From positions 1 to 38,777 of the IMG/VR virus record IMGVR_UViG_3300024232_000036: DNA of 38,777 nt, one strand, 5' to 3'. This DNA comes from a virus. Taxonomy: Duplodnaviria > Caudoviricetes. A program made the position numbers and the translations under genes. This document shows, in pieces, positions 32,148 to 38,777 of the stretch. Under the pieces are notes generated by a model that ran no database searches, had not been told where the DNA came from, and saw only the letters and a program-made list of their open reading frames with translations. Each line of letters begins with the position of its first letter. The first letter of the stretch is position 1.

Positions 32148-33302
32148 ATGCCCCTCTATCCCCAAGGCGGCGGGCTCTATCCGAATAGCATTGACAACGT
32201 GCTGCTGATGGATATGGCAGACAGCACAGTTAAGGGGCGAGCTAAGGGCGCCGGACTGGGCGATCCGCAGGACCTGACGGCAGCGCAGCTGAGCCTGCTG
32301 CTGGGCGGGCCGAATTTCAGGAACATCCTCGGTCGCAACGGCGGCTTTGAGGTGTGGCAGCGCGGTGCGGGTGGGAGCGCGAGTTTCAACTTCACGAACG
32401 GTGGACAGTACATTGCAGACGGCTGGTATCTTGCTGTTCCACCGAATTGCCAGACGCAGGTTTCGCAGGGTGCTGGCTTAACGACTGGATCACGCTATAT
32501 GGCGTATATCCAGCGCATGGCCGGGCAGACCGGCGCCGCTCAATGCCTGCTCGAGTTTCCTCTCGATTTGGATGAAGTAGCGCTGCTGCGCGGCAGCATC
32601 GTCACGGTGTCGTTCTCTGCGTATTGCGCGGCCGACTGGTCACCGGCTGGTCGTAATTTGACGTGCTACCTGATCACCGGCACCGGAGCGAACGCTGCCC
32701 GGCTCGCCGGCATGACGGGCAACGTCACTGTTATCACTGGAGTGGCACCGCTTCTGGTCAACACCTTGCAGCGCCTCGCGTTCACGTCAAGCATCGTGGT
32801 GCCGGCGAATGCGACACAGGCTTCGGTGGCGTTTTCATGGACGCCGACTGGCACAGCTGCTGCGAACGATGCGTGGCTGATTGACGACGCGCAGCTTGAA
32901 ATCGGCAGCATCGCGACGCCGTTCGAGCGGCGGTTCTTCGAGAGTGAGTTGCTAGCGTGCAGGCGGCATTTTCATAAGTCATTTCAGTACGCAACGGCGC
33001 CGGCCGCCAACGTGGATGGCGCATCTGCGGTTTCTTCCCCGCAGACGGCCGGCGCACTCCTGGGGAATTATCCCGCTTCGATCCCGTTTCCTGTTGCGAT
33101 GCGTGCCACGCCAGCTATTGCGTTCTTCAATCCTGGTGCTGCCGGCGCACAAGCGCGCAACTACGGTACTAATACCGATTGTTCAGCTACTGCAACGTGG
33201 ACAGTTGGAATGGATCGTTTTGCATATAGCGTAACGACGCCGGCAGGATCGTCGGCGGGGCAACCTATTCTCGTTCACTACACGGCAGACGCAGGTATCT
33301 GA
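32148..33302 (+). CDS. Tail fibre / receptor-binding protein B
   Basis: Same N-module; NGGFEVWQRG and QLEIGSIATPFERR motifs typical of phage fibre carbohydrate-binding-like domains. Start at ATG 32148. Confidence 0.75.
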   Translation: MPLYPQGGGLYPNSIDNVLLMDMADSTVKGRAKGAGLGDPQDLTAAQLSLLLGGPNFRNILGRNGGFEVWQRGAGGSASFNFTNGGQYIADGWYLAVPPNCQTQVSQGAGLTTGSRYMAYIQRMAGQTGAAQCLLEFPLDLDEVALLRGSIVTVSFSAYCAADWSPAGRNLTCYLITGTGANAARLAGMTGNVTVITGVAPLLVNTLQRLAFTSSIVVPANATQASVAFSWTPTGTAAANDAWLIDDAQLEIGSIATPFERRFFESELLACRRHFHKSFQYATAPAANVDGASAVSSPQTAGALLGNYPASIPFPVAMRATPAIAFFNPGAAGAQARNYGTNTDCSATATWTVGMDRFAYSVTTPAGSSAGQPILVHYTADAGI

Positions 33303-34303
33303 TGCCGTATTATCCGCAATCCCCCGGCTTCTATCCTCCGCTGAACAGCGTGACGGACGCGCAGCTGGTCGATATGCCGGACGGCACAGTGAAAGGCCGG
33401 GCACTGGGCGCTGGGCTGGGCGATCCGACGAACCTGACGCCGGCGCAGCTGCAAGCGCTGATCAGTCCAGTCGGCAATTCGATGCTGGCAACGATGCCGG
33501 ATGCGACGCTAAAGGGCCGCGCGCTTGGTGCTGGTGTCGGCGTGCCGACTGACCTGACGATTACACAGTTACAGGCGCTGCTGGGAAATCCAACGTATAC
33601 ACAGTGCCGGCTAGTCTATATCAGTTCTAGTACGATGCGGCTGATACGCTTCGGTGGCAAGTTCCTGACGATTGACGACACACCGCGGCTTATTCCAACA
33701 GCGGGTGTCGATCTTGTAGTTATCGCTACATTCGTCGGTGCCAACCCGCTATACGTCTATGCGCGCATCACCGGCAGCACGATGACCCTGCAAGGGGCGG
33801 GTGAAGCTGCGGTTGTCGATCCGCGTAACGGCATGATGGTGCATCCCAGCGATCCGTCGATCTCGCTTGTCGGCATGGCGTATGTCTACGCCGGGCCGAC
33901 GCTGACCGAGGACGGTGCTAATCAGGCTGTGTCTAGTTACTACAACCGTATGCCGCGCAGCTATGGCTATCAGCAGCAGAATACGACGACCTCAACAGGA
34001 ATGGTGCCGCTGCACAATCCGATCAAGCTCTTGCTCTGGGGTGACAGCTCATTCCGATTTGAGACAGCCGGCTACACGCAATTGAGCGGAGTAAGTTCCT
34101 TGATCTCGCAACTTCTGATGGATGGCGGCGGCTTCGGCCCGGCTCAGGTGACATACTTCCCCGTAGCCAACGGGCAAAATCCAATAGCGCTTGTATTCGC
34201 TGGTTGGGGTTCGGCTGGTCTGCATTCCTTCCAGCTTGGTGGTTACGTCAATGGATTTACTGGCACGTGGACTGCAACGAGTTATGGCACTGTTAACGGG
34301 TAG
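33302..34303 (+). CDS. Tail fibre / receptor-binding protein C (paralog of A)
   Basis: Two copies of the N-module; body aligns with protein A. Confidence 0.72.
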   Translation: MPYYPQSPGFYPPLNSVTDAQLVDMPDGTVKGRALGAGLGDPTNLTPAQLQALISPVGNSMLATMPDATLKGRALGAGVGVPTDLTITQLQALLGNPTYTQCRLVYISSSTMRLIRFGGKFLTIDDTPRLIPTAGVDLVVIATFVGANPLYVYARITGSTMTLQGAGEAAVVDPRNGMMVHPSDPSISLVGMAYVYAGPTLTEDGANQAVSSYYNRMPRSYGYQQQNTTTSTGMVPLHNPIKLLLWGDSSFRFETAGYTQLSGVSSLISQLLMDGGGFGPAQVTYFPVANGQNPIALVFAGWGSAGLHSFQLGGYVNGFTGTWTATSYGTVNG

Positions 34304-34309
34304 GAGTTG

Positions 34310-34489
34310 ATGGAAGAGCGCTTGCGCGCGTTAGAGATACAGGTTACGTCGCTGAGAGGTGACCTGACGGCGCATGAGAAGTTCTGTGATGCTCGCTGGC
34401 GTGTCATGTGGAAGCTGGTTACGCTTATAAGTGGGATCGTAGGGATTGTAGCGGCAGTAGCTGTAGAGCTTTTATGGAGGGCAACATGA
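34310..34489 (+). CDS. Small coiled-coil plus TM protein (holin/hemolysin-like)
   Basis: MEERLRALE...HEKFCDARW followed by a C-terminal TM; AGGAG RBS. Confidence 0.6.
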   Translation: MEERLRALEIQVTSLRGDLTAHEKFCDARWRVMWKLVTLISGIVGIVAAVAVELLWRAT

Positions 34490-34656
34490 GTATCGGCTTT
34501 CTTTTCTGGCTGCTGATGATCCTCTGGCTTTTCTACGGCGTATACGCGTACAGAGGGCAATACGCTGTACCGCTTGTTTGGGGAGGGAACCTGTTGTTTT
34601 TCATCCTACTGTTCCTGCTCGGCTGGCGCGTATTTGGTTGGCCGATTGTTGGCTGA
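34486..34656 (+). CDS. Small two-TM membrane protein (holin-like)
   Basis: MSIGFLFWLLMILWLFYG...LLFFILLFLLGWRVFGWP; ATGA overlap and GGAGG RBS. Confidence 0.65.
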   Translation: MSIGFLFWLLMILWLFYGVYAYRGQYAVPLVWGGNLLFFILLFLLGWRVFGWPIVG

Positions 34657-34908
34657 ATGGCCGGCCTGATATTCTTTTGGCAAGGCGGTGCGTGCACTAA
34701 GTATGAGAACGTGGTGCCGTTGCCGGCCTTCGTCTCATACGGAGATGTACAGCCAGTTAGTGAAATCGCCTTTTCAAACGTGCTTAACATGGACATACAG
34801 CACTTTGCCGAACAGCAGCCGTTAGCAGCTGTGGCCTACAGTAATCGCACAGGCGGCACTATGCTGTATGCGCGCCGCATACGAGAGCCGGACTGCAAAC
34901 ATGAGTGA
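34657..34908 (+). CDS. Hypothetical protein
   Basis: Abuts both neighbours. Confidence 0.5.
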   Translation: MAGLIFFWQGGACTKYENVVPLPAFVSYGDVQPVSEIAFSNVLNMDIQHFAEQQPLAAVAYSNRTGGTMLYARRIREPDCKHE

Positions 34909-36463
34909 GAAAATTTTTGAGACGACGCCGGTCTTGATTTCCTCTGGCCTCGGGCCAGGGATCGGCCGGCTGACCACGCCGCTCTGGGAGCAGGCGGACA
35001 ACATCTACTTTGACACCTTTGCGGCCCGCTCAAACAAAGGGCAGCAGGCGCTTACTTGGACGGCCCTGACATTCGATCAGCACCCCGGCACTTTTGATGC
35101 GGCTACGAATACCTTTGATACGGCAGCGACAGGGTTTGCCGGCATCATGCAGGTGCCAGAGATACCGAATGGGCTCTTTCAGCAAAGGCTCTTGAACGGG
35201 AACCGCGCGGTTTTCTGTGGGACGCATAACGGGCTATGGATGTCTCCAGGCGATCAAAATTTCATCGATGTAAGCAAGGCGGGCCGTTACACGGCTATGA
35301 TTGATGGTGTAGGAAGCCGCTTGGCAACTCGCTGGTCTGCGATGCAGCATGGAGACTGGTGCATCTTTACGAACGGCCGAGAGCCGGTACAGATTTACAA
35401 GCCGCCCGGGCCGACCTTCGTGGACTTGGCCGGTACGAGCGGCCTTTTCAACTGGTGCCAGTTAGTCGGTAAGCTCGGCCCGCACTATCTTTATATGAAT
35501 ACTGATAATGACCCGAGGGAGGTCCGATGGAGCGCGGATGGGAACCCAGAAGCTCTAGATCCGTATGTGTACGTGAATGCAGGGCGTTTGCTGTTGAGCG
35601 AGCTAGCGACTGCAGTGATCGCTGCTGTGCCGCTGGGACGCGGTCTCGCTGCATATTCGCGCTCGAATATGCAAATGCTAAATTATATCGGCTCCTGGGG
35701 AGCGATTGGCGCGTCTACAACAGCGTTGGTGGGCGTAGGGGCAGTTAGTAAGCAGTCGATCGTGCCAGTCGGCTCGCTCAATTACGGGTTGCAGAAGAGC
35801 GGAATTTTTAAGACTGACGGCGTGAGCGTGCAGCTGGTTTCGGACCCTGCCCTTGGAACGTGGATGGAGCGGAACGTTAACTGGGACCAGGGATCAAAGA
35901 TTGCAGGCCGGTACAACCCTGGAACACATAAAATCACTTGGTCGTTCCCGATGGTTGGCTCGACAGAGAATAACAGGACGATAGTCTACGACACGGAAGC
36001 AAGTACTTTCTCCTTTGAAACGGTGGACTTCGTTTTCCAGGTCGGTCTGATACCAGATGTGTTTATTGACCCGCTGGTGGCCCGGTATAACGGCGTGATT
36101 AGCTATGCGGATAAGGGGAACTCGTTTAATGGTGGCTCGGTGAACCGAATTTTGCGGACGAAGCCGCATGATTTTGGAAAGCGAGATAAGTGGAAGGTCC
36201 TGGACATGGTTCAGGTTGAAATGACGATCAATTCTGGCCCTGGGCCGCTGCTTCGCATTGGGCAGCATTTCGCACCAGAAGATCCAACTTCGGCTGTAGA
36301 GTGGCGCGGGCCGTTCGTGCTGCAGAAAGACCTGGCGCAGTACTATGTTGAGGCGGAAGGAATGATGCTGGAGTTCGAGCTGACGAGCAATGGCGTGAAT
36401 GATGACTGGGAGCTGAATGGACTGAAGTTCTTCGGTATCCTGGAGGATGGGAGCGGAATATGA
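34901..36463 (+). CDS. Tail nozzle / stabilization protein (tail tubular B or P22 gp10-like)
   Basis: About 520 aa, beta-propeller-like; FTNG...VRWS...GIFKTDG motifs. Confidence 0.7.
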   Translation: MSEKIFETTPVLISSGLGPGIGRLTTPLWEQADNIYFDTFAARSNKGQQALTWTALTFDQHPGTFDAATNTFDTAATGFAGIMQVPEIPNGLFQQRLLNGNRAVFCGTHNGLWMSPGDQNFIDVSKAGRYTAMIDGVGSRLATRWSAMQHGDWCIFTNGREPVQIYKPPGPTFVDLAGTSGLFNWCQLVGKLGPHYLYMNTDNDPREVRWSADGNPEALDPYVYVNAGRLLLSELATAVIAAVPLGRGLAAYSRSNMQMLNYIGSWGAIGASTTALVGVGAVSKQSIVPVGSLNYGLQKSGIFKTDGVSVQLVSDPALGTWMERNVNWDQGSKIAGRYNPGTHKITWSFPMVGSTENNRTIVYDTEASTFSFETVDFVFQVGLIPDVFIDPLVARYNGVISYADKGNSFNGGSVNRILRTKPHDFGKRDKWKVLDMVQVEMTINSGPGPLLRIGQHFAPEDPTSAVEWRGPFVLQKDLAQYYVEAEGMMLEFELTSNGVNDDWELNGLKFFGILEDGSGI

Positions 36464-37593
36464 CCCAGCACGACTTTGAGTTCGCAGACCAGCTCTTTCC
36501 AGCTATGCGGACGGATATGAACAATGCGCTGATTGCGCTGTCTACGAGGCAGGCTGGGACAGGTGCGCCGGCACTGGTTGCCGCTGCCCGGCCGAACCGG
36601 CTGTATGTAGATATTACGAGGAAGCAAGTTCTTATAAGGGACAATGCTGATACGACTGATTTTGTTTGGGACTCCTGGGGGCAGGATCGGCTTCGTTACG
36701 TGTATGATGCAGATTTGACATTTCTGCCTGAAGATGTAAACAGATTACTTGTTATGAACGGGCCGAACGCGAGGAATGCCCTTCTACAACCACCAGTCGG
36801 GAATTTTGCACCGAGCTGGAATGCGGAGCTTTTTAACCTGGGTACAAACTATATATATTTATACCCTCCGAATGGGTATACAGTGAATGGTTCCTCGACA
36901 GCCTTAACACTGGAACCAAAGCAGGGTATGCGTATCTTCTCTTCGCAGAACCAATACCTCTGTTCTGTGACTGGACAAGGCACTGTAACGCAAGCACAGT
37001 TAAGTGCTGCTATAGCCGCGAACACCGTACCGACTGGCTCAGTAATGGGGTATCAGCACTATAATAACATTCCTGCAGGATGGGTCCGGCTGGTTGGCAA
37101 TTCGATAGGAAATGCGAGTTCAGGAGCGACTGAGCGAGCGAATGCGGATACTTGGCCGCTCTACAACATTCTCTGGCAGTACATGGCAGATGCACAGCTG
37201 CCAGTAGCGGGCGGGCGCGGCCCGAGTCCGGACTATGATTTTAACAGAAATGCTTACATGATACTTCCAGACATGCGAGGGCGAACGCTGTTCGGTGCTG
37301 ACCTTGGGATGGGCCGGCTGACTGGTGCAGCGCCTGGTGGGCTATCAGGGCAAGTGAACGGTGCAGCGGGTGGAGAGCAGATGCACACGCTGACGGCCTC
37401 TGAAATTCCGCCGCACCAGCACTTGTACGGACAGGCCTCTCCGTATGGAGTGAACTATGAGGGCGGCCCGTATGCTGGCAACAACTATCAGAACTTGAAT
37501 GCGTACACGGATGGAGGCTCTGGGGTCTATGGCTACGCCCATAACACAGTGCCGCCTGGCGTTGCAATGGGCTGTTGGATTATGAAGCTGTAA
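36460..37593 (+). CDS. Tail protein with a tail-collar domain
   Basis: VPTGSVM...IPAGWV...LPDMRGRT...GGEQMHTLTASEIPPHQH...AHNTVPP...IMKL. Confidence 0.82.
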   Translation: MTQHDFEFADQLFPAMRTDMNNALIALSTRQAGTGAPALVAAARPNRLYVDITRKQVLIRDNADTTDFVWDSWGQDRLRYVYDADLTFLPEDVNRLLVMNGPNARNALLQPPVGNFAPSWNAELFNLGTNYIYLYPPNGYTVNGSSTALTLEPKQGMRIFSSQNQYLCSVTGQGTVTQAQLSAAIAANTVPTGSVMGYQHYNNIPAGWVRLVGNSIGNASSGATERANADTWPLYNILWQYMADAQLPVAGGRGPSPDYDFNRNAYMILPDMRGRTLFGADLGMGRLTGAAPGGLSGQVNGAAGGEQMHTLTASEIPPHQHLYGQASPYGVNYEGGPYAGNNYQNLNAYTDGGSGVYGYAHNTVPPGVAMGCWIMKL

Positions 37594-37594
37594 A

Positions 37595-38146
37595 ATGGAC
37601 CTGAAAGTACAATTTCCAGACCCGGCCGGCGCGACAGACTGGCAGGAATGGGCACGCCGGCTCGTAGAGACGCTTTCTCGGATGATCACTCCGACGCCGC
37701 AGGATCAGTATCCGATCGTCGTGCTGAGGGATAAGAAGGCGGTCGGAACGCCGGGTGGTGCATCGGTCGCTGGCTGGAACACACGCACGCTGAATGTAGA
37801 GTACGACCCGGTAGGTATCTGTTTGTTGATGCCAGACGGTACGTTTACGCTAGTAAAAGGGCGGTACCTGATACGTATCAGTGTGCCGGCTTATAACGCT
37901 GGAGCACATCAAGCACTGCTTAGAGACCTTTCGTTTGGCACAGCTGATATATTGGGTACGTCAGAATATGCTATAGGAAGTGTACAAACACGCTCCTGGA
38001 TTGTTGCAGTAATTGAACCGAAGGCAGCTACAAATTATAAGCTGCTTCACTTTACTGGCAGCGCAGTTGCGCCGAATGGGCTTGGTGTAGCGATAAGCGT
38101 GAGTGATGAAATCTATACACAGGTGGAACTGTGGGGACTACAGTAG
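37595..38146 (+). CDS. Putative tail-associated protein
   Basis: WQEWARRLVETL N-terminal helix and a beta-sandwich C-terminus. Confidence 0.6.
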   Translation: MDLKVQFPDPAGATDWQEWARRLVETLSRMITPTPQDQYPIVVLRDKKAVGTPGGASVAGWNTRTLNVEYDPVGICLLMPDGTFTLVKGRYLIRISVPAYNAGAHQALLRDLSFGTADILGTSEYAIGSVQTRSWIVAVIEPKAATNYKLLHFTGSAVAPNGLGVAISVSDEIYTQVELWGLQ

Positions 38147-38598
38147 CATTCGTCAACCCTGAAGGCGGCCCGCTCCCTGCTGGTCAGTACTGGTGTGGAG
38201 TTAAGTCCGAAGACGTTGATAGTATCTGGCCAGCGATTGAGGATTTGGTCGAACGGCTGGTTGCACAGAGCGATGGAGAGTATACTGCAGATGACCTACG
38301 GCTGTTTTGCAAGAGAACCGATGCGGCCGGCGGACAGCTATGGCTCTTCGGCGTACCGAGCAGGATCGATATAGTAGTAATCACGAACTTTGAAGATACT
38401 GCGCAGTTGAAGTACATGCAGTTGTTCGGGCTGGTGGGCGATGACCTCCCGAAGTACTACCACTACTTTCATGAAGTCTTAGCGCCATATGCTAAGGAAC
38501 ATGGTGCAGTGTTTGTTCAGACCTTTTGTCGTAAAGGGCTGGAGAAGACGCTGAAAGAGTGGAAGAAAAAGTACTCAGTTATGAGGTTCTATCTGTGA
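38131..38598 (+). CDS. GNAT-like virion assembly protein
   Basis: VDSIWPAIE...QLW...AKEHGA...CRKGLEK pattern; lies upstream of the ejection-protein gene. Confidence 0.55.
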   Translation: MGTTVAFVNPEGGPLPAGQYWCGVKSEDVDSIWPAIEDLVERLVAQSDGEYTADDLRLFCKRTDAAGGQLWLFGVPSRIDIVVITNFEDTAQLKYMQLFGLVGDDLPKYYHYFHEVLAPYAKEHGAVFVQTFCRKGLEKTLKEWKKKYSVMRFYL

Positions 38599-38608
38599 GG
38601 TCGCGCCC

Positions 38609-38777
38609 ATGATCCACATCCGGTTTATCCAGAACTTCGATCCGTTGACCTATCAACCGCCCGGGTGCTGTTTCATGGGAGGTGGGGGTGGCGCGCCGAG
38701 CTATCAGCAGGGGCCGCCCCAGACTACGACTACGAAGGCGGAGCCCTGGGAAGGGCTGGTGCCGTATTTGAAGGACG
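38609..38777 (+). CDS. Putative DNA ejection (internal virion) protein, partial
   Basis: MIHIRF...GCCFMGGGGG...QTTTTKAEPW...PYLKD; open to the window end. Confidence 0.6.
   Translation, partial: MIHIRFIQNFDPLTYQPPGCCFMGGGGGAPSYQQGPPQTTTTKAEPWEGLVPYLKD

Noticed and set aside
31256-34303. Diversity-generating retroelement or invertible shufflon acting on the fibre genes
   Set aside because: No reverse transcriptase or invertase in the window, no near-identical TR/VR pair, and all genes lie on one strand.
1-38777. tRNA, integrase, endolysin or phage RNA polymerase genes
   Set aside because: None recognised by eye in this window; they may lie outside it, so lifestyle cannot be called.

Overview
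This window is about 39 kb of a GC-rich dsDNA tailed-phage genome with a podovirus-like gene layout, in two divergent arms. The minus-strand arm (1-17850) carries replication and recombination genes: a split family-A DNA polymerase with a degenerate UDG domain, a ParB-methyltransferase fusion, an SSB-like protein, a Sak4-like ATPase, a HAD phosphatase, a Cas4-like exonuclease and an SF1 helicase. It also has HTH, RHH and zinc-ribbon regulators and many small early genes behind sigma70-type promoters. The plus-strand arm (18550-38777) carries a terminase-small-like gene, a cluster of Pro/Gly-rich accessory genes, terminase large, portal, scaffold, major capsid, adaptor, three related tail-fibre genes, holin-like genes, tail nozzle and collar proteins, and the start of an ejection protein. 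The most unusual observations are: (1) an apparent PD-(D/E)xK nuclease whose two halves are joined by an open ~220-codon insert that encodes three nested genes in another frame; (2) a phage-encoded PEP-CTERM (exosortase substrate) protein; (3) a C-terminal LSIEDLGL-type peptide shared by three unrelated proteins; (4) a PolA split inside its proofreading domain, with unusual motif A/B residues; (5) two dispersed non-coding motifs and an origin-like inverted repeat. All family assignments come from motif recognition by eye; no searches were run.
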